From Octopus sinensis (lineage: Eukaryota): a stretch of 64,000 nucleotides of DNA. Of this stretch, positions 1-13,864 are shown in pieces (positions within the stretch are counted from its first letter, which is position 1; the number at the start of each line of letters is the position of its first letter). The DNA is taken from contig NC_042998.1 of the NCBI RefSeq assembly GCF_006345805.1, positions 29,450,001-29,514,000 on the forward strand. Reading direction: 5' to 3'. The notes beneath the pieces were generated by a model. It saw only the letters and a program-made list of their open reading frames with translations. It was not told the DNA's origin and did not search any database. The translations under genes were made by a program, and so were the position numbers.

Positions 1-275
1 TTCAGCCGAAACGTTGTGTTAACAACAAACAAGATGAGGACAAATATCCGTCGAAGAGCGTAGGCTCGAAACGTAAAAGCCTTTCTCACTTCTGGAAAAA
101 TATAATAATAATAATAACATCGAAAAATACCTTAGGAATGAGAGCCCAGGTTCGAAATTTCACCATAACACCTGAAGAGGGTTGGAGGGTATATCAGCCG
201 AAACGTTGTGTTAACAACAAACAAGATGAGGACAAATGTCCGTCGAAGGTAAATAATGTAGATAATGTACATAAT
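1..275 (+). mobile_element. Tandem PLE pseudo-LTR fragments (runs off the left edge of the window)
   Basis: The block cagccgaaacgttgtgttaacaacaaacaagatgaggacaaat(a/g)tccgtcgaag occurs at ~3-56 and ~195-248; it carries a hammerhead-like core. Confidence 0.65.
166..213 (+). ncRNA. Minimal type-I hammerhead ribozyme motif (PLE-type)
   Basis: Stem I TAACAC/GTGTTA; core CTGAAGA plus one extra G; stem II GGTTGG/TCAGCC; GAAA; palindromic ACGT stem III; U at position 17. Confidence 0.75.
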
Positions 276-1119
276 TACTCGTCTCTTAAATATGGAAATA
301 TACCTCATAGATATTCACATATATTTATTACATATATATACGTGTGAATATATATAAGCACATATGTAAGATCAGATAAATAATGTGTTTATCTATATGC
401 AAGTGTTCTAACGTATATATATATGTATATATACACATTCACATATATATATGCGTATATCTATAATTTCATTCCTTTTTGATTTTCACTTATTGATTTG
501 CACAGCTATAATTTTAGGTGAACGTGTACTGAATTTATTGGATAAATAAATATTGACTATTAACAATTTCTACTAATTACCGACGTCTATAATAAGAAGT
601 TATAATTATATTTATCCCAATATTAATAAGAGTTACACACACATGGTAAATTACATTCTTTTATTCTTTAATTCTTTCATTTGTTTCAGTCATTTGACAG
701 CAGCGATGGGGACAAACACAGACTCACGTGCACACACGCGCGCGCGCGCACACATATCCATACGTGTGTGTGTGTGTGAGTCTGTGTGTATACGCTTTCA
801 TGTGACAGTGGTTATGCGCGCAGGCCGAGAAGTGTAATAACGTAAGAAGTCTGTTTGATGAACGCTATGAGAGGGAAATGTTTGCATGAGTATATGCGTG
901 TATGCGTATGTATATAAGTGTATTGTTGCATCTGTGAACACACCTGTGTGCATGTGTGTGTGTGCGCGTGTTTGCGCGCCGCTACATGTGTGTAAATGAC
1001 TTCTAGTATAAGTCAAGTAACTGCATACATCAATGGTGAACACGCGTTCTATGGTAAAGAGCCCGGATTACCATTACGCTGCTTGTCCATCTTTAGAAAC
1101 AACGTTTTTTAGAAATTAA

Positions 1120-1542
1120 GGTGGCGAGCTGGCAGAGCCGTTAGCACGCCAGGCGAAATGCTGAACGGTGTTTCGTCTGCCGCTACGTTGTGAGTTCAAA
1201 TTCCGCCGAGGTCAACTTTGCCTTTCATCCTTTCGGGGGTCGATGAAATAAGTACCAGTTACGCACTGGAGTCGATATAATCAACTTAATCCCTTTGTCT
1301 GTCCTTGTTTGTCCTCTCTGTGTGTAGCCCCTAGTGGGTAGTAAAGAAATAGGTATTTCGTCTGTCTTTGCGTTCCGAGTTCAAATTCCGCCGAGGTCGA
1401 CTTTCCCTTTCATCCTTTCGGGGTCGATTAAATAAGTACCAATAACGCACTGGGGTCGATATAATCGACTTAATCGGTTTGTCTGTCCTTGTTTGTCCCC
1501 TCTGTGTTTAGCCCCTTGTGGGTAGTAAAGAGATAGGTATTT
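1120..1542 (+). mobile_element. SINE-A (tRNA-derived head): full copy plus one headless tandem unit
   Basis: A-box-like ggcgagctggcagagccgttagc, B-box GAGTTCAAATTCC, central gcctttcatcctttcggggtcgat, tail agtaaagaaataggtattt; second unit begins ~1352. Confidence 0.85.
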
Positions 1543-1703
1543 TTGTTGTTATCGTTGTTACGCATGAAGTAAAGTTTGTTTGCGGTTATTTCTTTCCCCT
1601 CCTCTTCTCTCTTTCGTGAATGGTTGCGAGTCTGTACGTGTGTTTATATGTGTCTACCTAAATACTTAAACGATATGGTGTACTCCACCACCTTCCTTGC
1701 ATC

Positions 1704-1861
1704 TAGGGCCGGCCCTAGGTTTGCTGGCGTCCCGGGCAAGCTGAACTTCGGCGAGTACAAGCTACCAGTCGTGGAAATTTCCTTGAATTTGTCACGCCCC
1801 ACTTGGCGCCCCCTAGAACAAGGGCGAGTGCCCAAGTTGCCGGTACCTTGAGCCGGCCCTG
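1704..1861. mobile_element. hAT-type MITE (158 bp)
   Basis: TIR (T/C)AGGGCCGGC; exact 8-bp TSD CTTGCATC at 1696-1703 and 1862-1869. Confidence 0.85.
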
Positions 1862-1879
1862 CTTGCATCGACAATCTCT

Positions 1880-2117
1880 AGCTTCTCATTACACCATTCT
1901 ACTACTTAGCATTCTGATACCTTATACTCTGCTACAACTTTGATGTTGTGAGCAAAGGGGATGCATACTCAATCCAGTTAGCTCTATACTTTGTAGTTTT
2001 CACTGAAAGCACAGACGAAGAAATTCGATATGATTTTGCGCTCTTTCCAATTGATTTTGTAATAATGGCAGTCAATTCATTGCAACAAGTGTAGGTTTTA
2101 TGAAGATTAAATATCAA
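1880..2117 (-). pseudogene. Possible decayed CR1/L2-like LINE ORF2 C-terminal remnant
   Basis: Minus frame KYRANWIEYASPL resembles the VRPxLEYASxVW motif; weak match only. Confidence 0.3.
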
Positions 2118-2829
2118 TTACGTTTTTGATATTTATATTAATGCCACATACGCACACACACATAAACTCTCTCTGACAGACACTTTGACTCACATATACA
2201 TACGCACATAACTTATATATATATATATGTATATGTGTGTGTGTATACGTATGTATGTGTGTGTACGTGTGTGTACGTGTGCGTTTTGCGAATTGAATGA
2301 AATATATCCACTTAATTCACAAAACCAGGTTATATTATCGAGAAATTTAATATCGGAAATTCAATTTAATATATTCTGATGTATTTTGAACAGACCACTA
2401 AATAAGATGGACTATTTTCAATCCCTTGGTAGGGACTTTGAACCAATATTTATGTTGTATTTTCTATTAAAGTAAATATAGAAAATTACAAGTTAACTCC
2501 TTAAAGTTAAGGAAAGTAAATATATGAAAGTTAATATTGAAAATTACAAGTTACCTCCTTAAAGTTAAATGAATCACTATCTCTATAAAGATCAAACATT
2601 TACGAAACATGATCTGGGGTAGTTTACGACAAAAAGACTAATAATGAAGAAACATATGAGGAAATATTTGCATTTCAATCGCTGAATAAATAAACCAGAA
2701 TCGCCTGTACTTTTATCACGATATGTAAGACACATTTTCACTATGTGATAGCGAAAAATCAAGTAAAAGTACATCTATATTTGTATATACATACTTTAAT
2801 ACATACTTACATACATAAATACATACATA

Positions 2830-2893
2830 AATACATATATACGTGCACACACACATATATATATACATATATGCACATATTGTATGTAGGTAT

Positions 2894-2924
<31 letters not shown>

Positions 2925-2927
2925 CTT

Positions 2928-2994
<67 letters not shown>

Positions 2995-3096
2995 ATATAT
3001 ATATTTATCTATCAATCAATCTATCTATCTATCTATCTATCTATCTATATGTTAAATGTACTTATATATATATATATATATATAGATAGATAGATC

Positions 3097-3145
<49 letters not shown>
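2830..3145. repeat. Compound (TA)n/(TC)n/(TAGA)n microsatellite
   Basis: Directly visible. Confidence 0.95.
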
Positions 3146-3663
3146 GTGCGTGCGCGTGTGTTAAATGTACGTATCTACTTTCATCCATATTTATGTATCT
3201 ACTCATTTATCTATTTATATGTGCATATATATGTACATATGTATGTACTTATACTTATATGCATGTATGTATGTATGTATGTATTCAAATTATTTGGAAG
3301 CATTTTGAGACCTATTCGAAATATTTCAGAATAAGTTGAATGGATTTTCCTTTATTAATTTATTAATCTTCTCGATAAGGTAGCCTGCATTTTGTAAATT
3401 CAGATGGAGCATTTCATTTAATTCCTATACATCATACGCATGCGTGTGTACGTGTGCGCGTATAGATGTATATGTCTCAAAATGCTTCCAAATAATTTGA
3501 ATACATACATACATATAAGTATAAGTACATACATATGTACATATATATGCACATATAAACAGATAAATGTGTAGATACATAAATACACACACATATATAT
3601 ATGCGCGTATATGTATACGTATACACATATACTAACACTACCGTGCGATTACAAATGCAAACG

Positions 3664-3719
<56 letters not shown>

Positions 3720-4806
3720 ATATATATATGTAAATATATATGTGCTAATGTACGTGTGTGCGTATGTATATGCGCTTGCTATACGATTTGCATGGAATAT
3801 ATCGGTTTAATTTACAACAGGCAGCTTACATTATGTAGAAAGTTAATATTGGAAAGTCCATTTAATATATTTCTGAAGCATTTAGAATCTATCAGTTAAT
3901 GATTCGGAATCTGCTGAACGCCTTGAATGCACTTTGAACCAACAATGTTGCTACATCTCGTATTAAATTAGGTTTATAACGAATACACACCACACGAACA
4001 CACGCACACACGCACACAGAGGTTTCTCTTTACAGGTTTTCCATAGAATTCAAGCACTTGGTAGCAATTAATATTGAAGTGCAAGCTTCGAGGAATGAGT
4101 TTAATATATAAATTGGTCTGTCCAATAGTATTTCACCGCTAAGCATAGTGGATACTTACGCAATGCGTTCGTCAATTGCTGATGGGTTGGATGTAGTGCT
4201 GAGAAAAGTGTAATCACTCTTGAAATATGTATGTATATCCATTACCAACTTTTCTAGCTGCGATATGTATGCATGTATGCCATTATTCAGTTTTATTTTA
4301 AGATTTCTTGCCAATAGGGAATGAGTCGGTTTCTAACCTAGATCCAAGGCTCCTTCATTGGAATTTCAACATCAACAACAGGCTATTTTTGTATAATCTG
4401 CACATATACATACATATATGTGTATGTATATGTGCAGATTTGTACGTTTTGTTTTATTTGTGTATTCTCATGCATATAGGTGTATATCTAGGCATGCTCG
4501 TATATATCTAAATGATAAACGCCTGGAAAATTTTACCGATTTTTACATTTCCTGTAAAGAATTAGTCTTCGAATTAACTTTCTCCTTTCCCGTTTTGAAA
4601 AAGCCTAATTTCTCAAGATTGGTATTTAGACAGTGTGTCAAATATCGCTAGACCCCAATAATTACAGGTATAAATCTGAACTTTTATGTATGTATGTATG
4701 TATGTATGTATGTATGTATGTATGTAGGTATGTAAACCTTTAATGTACTTGGAAGTATATTATAGTTGCAAAATGAAATACTGTATCTTTGCTAGCCATT
4801 AATATA

Positions 4807-5222
4807 ATTCTTTACTGCCCACAAGGGGCTAAACATAGAGGGGACAAACAAGGACAGACAAAGGGATTAAGTCGATTACAACGACCCCAGTGCGAAACTG
4901 GTACTTTATTTATTGACCCCGAAATGATGAAAAGCAAAGTCGACCTCGGCGGAATTTGAGCTCAGAACGTAGCGGCAGACGAAATACCGCTAAGCATTTT
5001 AGTACCAACAAGGGGCTAAACACAGAGAGGACAAATAAGGACAGACAAACGGATTAAGTCGATTAGATCGACCCCAGTGCGTAACTGGTACTTATTTAAT
5101 CGACCCCGAAAGGATGAAGGGCAAAGTCGACCTCGGTGGAATTTGAACTCACAACGTAGTGGCAGACGAAATACGGCTACGCATTTCGCTCGGCGTGCTA
5201 ACGTTTCTGCTAGCTCGAGCCT
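4807..5222 (-). mobile_element. SINE-A, two tandem units
   Basis: Reverse complement of the 1120-1542 consensus, twice. Confidence 0.85.
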
Positions 5223-6119
5223 TTAATATGTGTGTGTCTGCGCATGTGTGTGCGTGCGGCAGTCATCTACATTTTTCGTCAGCTAGTGAATATTATTGAA
5301 GCTGATGAAAATTTCTTACGCTAAGTGAAATCGAAAAATTGCAGAAAAGAATATATCCTTCTTTTCAATACTCCCATCATATCCAAATGACATATAAAGA
5401 AAAAATATCTGTAAAGTTATTTATGGTTGAAATATGTAACAAAATTGTGAGTAGTCTAACTGATTACAGATAAGGGATCAGAAATGCTTGTATTTTGTTT
5501 CATACTAAAACGTATGTTAGTAGTTGTTTTCATTAGAATTGTAGGGATTATGTTTTGTTGATGGAATTATTTTGGGAAGAGTAAAACAAAAGCATTCTTA
5601 GTTGGTAGATTTTTTAAGGGAGGCGCATCGAAATGAATGTGAAGGGATAAAGAAATTAATTACGGAATTTCACCAAAATCGTAGTGTTGAACAAATTGTC
5701 TCGCGATAATCAGTTATTTTTCGTTTTATTCTGAGTTCAAATGATGCTAAGGTCAACTTAGCCTTTCATCTCGCCGAGATCGATTAATGTCCCGATCAAG
5801 TTTTGATATGACAGACAATATTATTCCAAAATTTTAGGCCTTGCACTTATGTTAAAAATCAAGATCAATAACTGTGATAGTGTAGAGTGAAGTGGAAACT
5901 AAATTTATAGTTGTATCATGAATGTTAGAAGATTAAGGACGATAAGTGCAAGAGCATTACCAAGATCTTTTATTTCTAAATCTATAGTGTTGCTTTCAGT
6001 TTCAGTAAAGTGAGAACCAGAGCTTTAATGCTACATTTTATAATAATCCCTTCGCTTATGCGAAATGTATTCTTGACAATTATTTGAAAACATTCAGGTT
6101 GTATTGTATCAATTATATA

Positions 6120-6353
6120 CAGGGTGTTCAAAAAGTCTCTCCGCAGTAAATATTTAATGGTTTTCGGGCAATTCGTTTACACTGATCCTTTACTTGCTCC
6201 CCAGAAGAAAATGTTTGGTGGTGTTACATCAGAGGATCGTGGTGACCAAAGTCCTTTCGAAATAATCCGTTGACAAAAAAAAAAAAAAATCACTTTAAGT
6301 GGTGTGCAGGATATAAAAAAAATTCACTGCGGAGAGACTTTTTAAACACCCTG
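6120..6353 (-). mobile_element. Non-autonomous Tc1/mariner deletion derivative
   Basis: 28-bp TIR CAGGGTGTT(C/T)AAAAAGTCTCTCCGCAGT; TA TSD on both sides; minus strand reads RIISKGLWSPRSSDVTPPNIFFWGASKGSV*, matching the WPPRSPDLxPxDFFLWG motif. Confidence 0.9.
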
Positions 6354-7027
6354 TACATCGACAGATATATAAGTTATTTTACATATTTATGTATTTTTCA
6401 TTATGTTAATGAAATTTGAATGTATTGTTCGTTTGGAAATCATTGTAGACAAAACAAGACAAATCACACATACAAAATTGAAAGAAAAAAGCCATGCATT
6501 TGTTATAATGAAAACCACAGTGATAGCTTAACAATAATTCGAATAATGAGAATTAGAATTATTTGGGCTAAAAATGCAGGCAATGAACGTAACTGAAGAA
6601 ATACTACCATTAGTCTGTCATCTCGCTCTTGAGATTTCCATAATGTTAGCTGAAGCCTTAATTTAAGGTTGGAATCTAAGTATTGATGACACGTAGTAAT
6701 GACTTCCTTCTATGTATAAATCATAAACAAGTGAGAAAGTGATTGTACAGGTTTCTCGAAGAAGTAAATGTTATCATCAATCAACGATTGAACTTATAGC
6801 AATAAATAACGTTGTAGTTCTGTTTTCTCCTACGTATAATCGACTGTCACCAATGTACGCTCCAAACAGTTTTATTGCTTCTTCAATTAGTTTATCATTA
6901 TTATCATGATCATCGCCGTCGTCGTCGTGGCCGTCACCGTCGTCATCATCATCCTCACTACCCCACCACCCACCATCATCCTCTGCAGCAGCGGAAACAA
7001 GTGCAAAATCCACATCAGCAGCAGCAG

Positions 7028-7209
<182 letters not shown>

Positions 7210-8149
7210 GGTTTGCAACTTTGGCACAAAACTAACGATTTTCAAGGTATTTGATTACATCGATCCCAATTCTTTGCTGGTACTTTATTTTATCGATGTC
7301 TACAACTACTACTGCTACTGAAGATGATGATGATGATGATGATGACGACGACGACGATGATGATGATGTTGATGATGATGATGATGATGAGTATGATGAT
7401 GGTACTTGAATAACTTTAACATAGCTTTACCCCGCTTATTCTTTTGGTTCTTCTTGTCTAATTCTGTTTCATGTTGTATGCATTTCTCTAGCTATCATTT
7501 TTCACAAAAGCTATTTAATCACAGAAGTCCACTGTGGTTTATTTTCCTTTGCAGCAGCGCATCAACGTCCCTGTGTCTTCGTTAAGGTCCAATAACGTGC
7601 GAATTCTCGGTTACTCAGTACATTTATTTCTTAAGGAAAATAAAAACAGGAAGATTGTTGCTTTCTTTTTCATTTTTCAATCAATATTTTCCCCTAGAAA
7701 CGTATGTGTTCATACATCTTACCTTCTACTAGGAATAATAATGTTTCTAATTCTTTCTTCAGTCCTGTACGAATTTCAAAATTGCTCTTGCTATTCTCAT
7801 CATTTTCGAAGTATTACCGTTTTATTTTATTTTCGTTAACTAATGCTCTTTTGAGATATGTATTTTTAATATATTTCTGTGTTTTGCTTCCACGGTATGT
7901 TAATCAGTTATCGAATCTCCTATGACTTATTCTTCCAATGTGTTATGTCAAGCATAAGAAGGTTGGTTTATCCTAAACTATAGGCAAATTTTTAAGAGTT
8001 CACATTTTAATCTAAGGTATTCTTTCCACTTCATCGATTCTTTCAGTTTTTTTTTTACTCTCACCTTCGCTTTGACATTTTCTTTTCCTTTCTACATTTT
8101 GTCTTTTTTCTTTCCTTTAACATTGTAAACTTTTTCTACACTCAATATA

Positions 8150-8390
8150 GGCATATATATGTATATATAAATGCATATATTTACATATACATTTATACAC
8201 ACACGTATATATATATATTTATATATATATATATATATATCGTTGATAGGCATGGCGATGTGTTTTTCATCTGAGAGAATAATCTCTTCGTGAGTTTAAT
8301 ATATATATATATGTTTGTGTGTGTGTGAGTGTGTGTGTGTGTATATATGTATGTATGTATGTATGTATATATATATATATATATACGCAC

Positions 8391-8450
<60 letters not shown>

Positions 8451-8472
8451 GTATATATATATATATAAACAC

Positions 8473-8522
<50 letters not shown>

Positions 8523-8700
8523 ATATGTATGTATGTATTTATAGATCCATACGTACATGCAGATATATGTGTGCTTCTATGTATACGTATGTATATACAA
8601 ACATAATACGTTTGTATATATATATATATATATATATATACACGTGTGTGTGTGTGTACGCGTGCATGTATATGCGTATATGTACAATATTAATCACCAT
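8150..8700. repeat. Compound (TA)n/(TG)n/(TATG)n tract
   Basis: Directly visible. Confidence 0.95.
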
Positions 8701-9096
8701 ATCAATATAATAAAGCAGCATTATACATAAATAATAATAAGCATACGTCAACAGCCTGATAAACTTAGGGATCAGGCTTCCTCTGCTGTCAGCGCATGCA
8801 TCATAACCTTTAAAAAGGATTACTCCATATCTTTTTAATCTCCCAAAGACAAACAAATCTTATTTTTAATTATACAGTAGAGTAATTTGACATTTTCGAA
8901 ATATGTATTTCTAAATCTGTGTTTCTCTCATCTTAGCTACTTGGTTGAGGATAGCGTCACAGAATCCAGCTGAGGTGTCTCTAATGAGTTATCTGCCCGT
9001 GTTGACAACTATAAATAGTTATACGACTCTGGTTAAGGAATTACAAAAATCGATTTTTCTCGATTCCCTTAACAAATGCGTAATATTCGTTCTTAT

Positions 9097-9484
9097 GTGG
9101 AGGCGCAATGACCCAGTGGTTAGGGCAGCGGGCGCGCTGTCGTAGGATCGCGGTTTCGATTCCCATATCGGGTGTTGTGAATGTTTATTGAGCGAAAACA
9201 CCTAAAGCTCCACGAGGCTCCACCAGGGGTGATGGTGGCGGTGGTGGTGTGATCTTTCACCACAACTTTCTCTCACTCTTTCTTCAAGTTTCTGTTGTAC
9301 CTGTATTTCAAAGGGCCAGCCTTGTCACATTCTGTGTCACGCTGAATCTCCCTGAGAACTACGTAAAGGGTACACGTGTCTGTGGAGAGCTCAACCACTT
9401 GCACCTTTATTTTACGAGCAGGGTGTTCCGTAGATCAGATTAACTGGAACCCTCGTCGTCGTAACCGACGGAGTGCCTCAACAA
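9097..9484 (+). mobile_element. SINE-C (tRNA head gtggaggcgcaatg...), tail type 1
   Basis: A-box-like cccagtggttagggcagcg, B-box-like ggtttcgattccc; tail ...gaaccctcgtcgtcgtaaccgacggagtgc. Confidence 0.8.
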
Positions 9485-11929
9485 TTCGTTGTTATAGTTG
9501 AAACTTAAATAAAGGCATTCGAGCCACGATTCTCACTAATTTTGATAGGTATTTAACCTTATTAATTTTCTAACATAGAGGAGGATTTGGCTGTTGTTTC
9601 TAGTAGGTCAAGTAACAAGGCATATATATCGTGAATTTTTCAGCAGTTATAGAGAAGTAGCCTAAGTGAAATGATACCGGTACTTAATGTCTCATCTAAG
9701 AAATGGAAGCACATGGGGCACATTTATCATGGAAGCGTTCCAGTCATGACTAACCTGTCTTTTATGAATATCAAAAATTACATTACTTAATGCATTCATA
9801 TCCTTGTTTTTGATCATAAAATATGCATTGCGCGGGATATTCACCTGCTATTTTTATCAGGTACAGCATCCATGCTGAGAGTCACCCTTTGCGTCATAGA
9901 AGGCGAAGGAGTCAACGTCGAAGATTAAAACCTTTATTTTTATTACTGTGAAATTATTGATACTCATTAAAAGTTCACCTTATATCCCTACTCGAACTGA
10001 TGTTTATGAAATTCGAGAAATAAATTGCAGCGTTGATTTTGCTGATTGGCTCCACATCAACTCTGATAGAGGAGAACTATGATCAAAGACGATCCAGTAT
10101 TTTTAGCCATATCTAGTGGCGCTGTCTTATTTAGAACGGTTGTGTGTGATTTGAGAGCAATTTTGTGGCTATTTTGAGCAAACGAGTTGATATCACTTTA
10201 CGAGATTGATGTCGTATTCAAAGTACATCTCAAGTACGTTCCATTTATTCTGGAAGTAAATAAGTACCAGTTGACCCTAATCTTGATTACTTTTCCACTT
10301 TACTTTTATCAGTGATAAGTATCAACGGTATAGCATTGGCCAAACTAATCTGACCACGTCTCCGCCAAACCATATATATACACAAACATCATTATAATCT
10401 TTATTACATATGTCTATGTAAACATATACATACATCTACATATACGTTTACATATAGATATGTATATACGTACAAACACACACATACACGCACAAACACA
10501 GAAACACACACATATTTACATACATGCACTCATATGAGTAACATAATCTTCGTTGAATCCATCTGATTGACTCAATCTTTGACACATTGTTGAAGCTTTC
10601 GATTCACGTTGCGAATCTACTTTCTGCTTCTGCTAATCTACAAATTTCTAATTTAATTTAAGAAACAAACGTCTTGTTTTGTTCAGATCGATGAAAATTC
10701 TGACAGCAGCATCCTTCCTGATATGCGTGTTAGCAGCGCAGTAGTTAATCCCGATAAATGACTCCATAACTTTAGCATGCAAAATATTTTTAATGATGAA
10801 GTATGTTGTTGCTTAAGGAAGTGATGGCTTTAGCATCGGATACTAAAGTAGCTAGCACTTATTAGGAAATATTCGCGTTCTATTTAGAGAGAAAATATCA
10901 TTTATCATCTTACTTTAACAAGGACTTAATGGTCATCTTGATAGACAGAAAATAGTTTGGCCACGAATACTTGCTGATCTTCTACAAAGCCGAAGCAACA
11001 CTCACAGTGAAGTACCTCTTACACATGTAGGAAAGTACTGAAACTGTAGGGTCAAAATCGAACGCGTATGTACTCGTTCAGATTCACATGCACGCACGCA
11101 CGCACACACACACATACACACACACACACACACACACGCACACACAAGTACATAATCCTATATAAAGTGGAAATATATATAAAACCTAGAATATTTCGCT
11201 TTGTATTTGGTTTGCAAGATTCTTGGTGTTGACTTGGGTGTTGAAGAATTTTATTGCGCCTTGGGACAGTCAGAGACTTGAACTGGTCTCGAGTAGAGAG
11301 GGGATATCATTAAAGAGGTAGCAAACAGCGACAAAATGGATCGATCAACTGAATAATTAGGCGAAACCTCGACTAGTTAATTGGCTAAATAGCAATCCAA
11401 TTGACGAATAAATAGGAAGTGAAATTAAACCAGTACGTGTGCTTCTCATGCGCATAATGACCCACCCGGGATATATAGAGTCATCTGACTGATTGAGAAA
11501 TATTCAGTTGCAATCACTGTAGCTTATACAGCTAGTATAATGCATTTGGTTTCTTCAAAGATAAACTACATAAAGGGAGAGCCCAAAAATGCCAGGGGAG
11601 CTGCCTATTCTCTGGTTAATGAAAATAAGATTAAGTTGCTTAGCCTCCGGAGAAGCATCACTTGAGCCAAAACACGAACCAGTCGACGCAAAACCCTTCA
11701 TATATTGGAAGACTGTGCACTTCTAAGAAATAGAAAACCTGTGTGCCGAACAAAATGCCGAAAGATATTACATATGTTCATACGTTAGATCTATTGCTAT
11801 TTTATATAGGTTGTATTAGAGAGAGACACACACACACACAAATATACACGTATGCATGAGTACATGTACATGCGTGCGGGCATATTTGTACGTTTGAAAT
11901 ATATGAGTTTTTGTGTGTGTATTTGCGTG

Positions 11930-11974
<45 letters not shown>

Positions 11975-12130
11975 ACGAGTGCGTGTGTGTGTGTGTGTGT
12001 ATCGCTCAAATTATGTTTACACATTAAATAATTAACTTTATTGTGTTTGAGCGATTCGTTTGAAGCTGATTCATTTCATCTAAACCTATTTTCCTAGTTA
12101 TGGTTTTTGTCAGTCATCACATGTTAATTA

Positions 12131-12255
12131 ATGAAGAACATACATACATATATATAATATATATATGTGTGTGTGTGTGAGTATATATATATACATATAT
12201 ATTTATATATATATATTTATGTATGTATGTATAATATATATATATATATATTATG

Positions 12256-12312
<57 letters not shown>

Positions 12313-12492
12313 ATGTATATATATATATATTATATATATATATGTGTATATGTATATATATATATATGTATATATGTATGTATATATATATATATATATG
12401 TATATGTATATATATATATAATATATATATATAATATATATATAAATACATATATATATATATACATTTATATATACATATATATATACACA

Positions 12493-12524
<32 letters not shown>

Positions 12525-12525
12525 C

Positions 12526-12556
<31 letters not shown>

Positions 12557-12603
12557 CATACACATACATATATATAATATATATATTGTCCATGATGCAT
12601 AAC

Positions 12604-12640
<37 letters not shown>

Positions 12641-12698
12641 GTATGTGTATATATGTATGTGTATATATATATATATACACATACATATATACACATAC

Positions 12699-12763
<65 letters not shown>

Positions 12764-12777
12764 TGCATCATGGGCAA
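12131..12777. repeat. (TA)n-rich tract containing a ~190-bp palindrome (12586-12777)
   Basis: ttgtccatgatgcataacta ... tagttatgcatcatgggcaa are inverted, and the interruptions between them are mirror-symmetric. Confidence 0.85.
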
Positions 12778-13541
12778 ATGGACTATCGATCTTTTGTATA
12801 GAAATCAATAAATGTTTCATGAAAGGCTTGTGAAAAACTACCTTATTGCTATTGTCTTTTGTTGCGACTTGTGTTTGGATTCATTGCATAAATCGGTATA
12901 TCACTATTTACTAAAGGTGTGTTCTTCTCATGCACATGAGTAGACCTTCGTTGTTACTCATACTTTATCTCTAAAGACTATGTAACATCATTTCCTTTAT
13001 AGATCAACGATTGCATTAACCCCGTCACCATTAAAAACAGACTTAAACAACAGAGAGTTGTAGAGTGTGTTTAGAAGAATAGGAATGCGTCTAGGAACAG
13101 GGAATTTGATATTGCATTTCGTTCGGAAAGCATCTACTTCAAGCCCAAATAGACTTCATTAATCGTTATTGCTGTTTTAAGGCTGCCATTTTTACACTTT
13201 CCTCCATCGGTCGTTACATTTTTTCCTACTTATCTTTATCGCCTTTCCCATGTTACTGCTCAACTTCGACATATTTTGTGTACGGATGGCTTTAATCTTT
13301 CTCCTCGGGTTCTTTGCCTTTTATAATCTATTCCTTCCACACTCCCCATTTTAAAAGCTTAGCGTATTTATTAATTCCTTGCATTTGTAAATAAACTTCG
13401 TTGAAAATATCTTTGTGGTCTTTATTTCAGTGTTATATTCTGTAGAGGTTTTACAATATATACCATGGGAGGTATTTCATCTTTGCTGTTATATTCCAAA
13501 TTGTGAATCAATTAATACAACTAGGTTATTCAATATCGTAT

Positions 13542-13848
13542 GCAGGCACATGGACTACTAGTTAGAGCAGCGGACTCGCGGTTGAGAGATCGCGGGTTCG
13601 AATCTCAGACCGGACAATGTGTATGTTTATGAGCGAAACATCTAAACTCCACGCGGCTCCGGCAGAAGGTAATGGCGAGCTTCTGCTGACTCTTTCGCCG
13701 CAACTCTCTCTCACTCTTTCCTCCTGCATCTTGCAGCTCACCTGCGACGGACCGGCGTCCCGTCCATATGGGGAATCCTATACGCCAAGGAAACCGAGAA
13801 ACCGACCCTTATGAGTCAGGCATGGCTTGAGAAGGAACAAAAACAAAC
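13542..13848 (+). mobile_element. SINE-C, tail type 2 (RTE-like)
   Basis: tRNA head; tail cctgcgacggaccggcgtcccgtcc...catggcttgagaaggaac; 14-bp TSD ATTCAATATCGTAT at 13528-13541 and 13849-13862. Confidence 0.85.
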
Positions 13849-13864
13849 ATTCAATATCGTATTA

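Noticed and set aside
10560-10900. Possible decayed transposase (IESFNN-like) on the minus strand
   Set aside because: There is only one weak motif amid several stops.
11330-11500. Promoter-like cluster (ATTGG, GGAAGTGAAA, TATA-like)
   Set aside because: These short motifs are expected by chance, and no downstream gene is supported.
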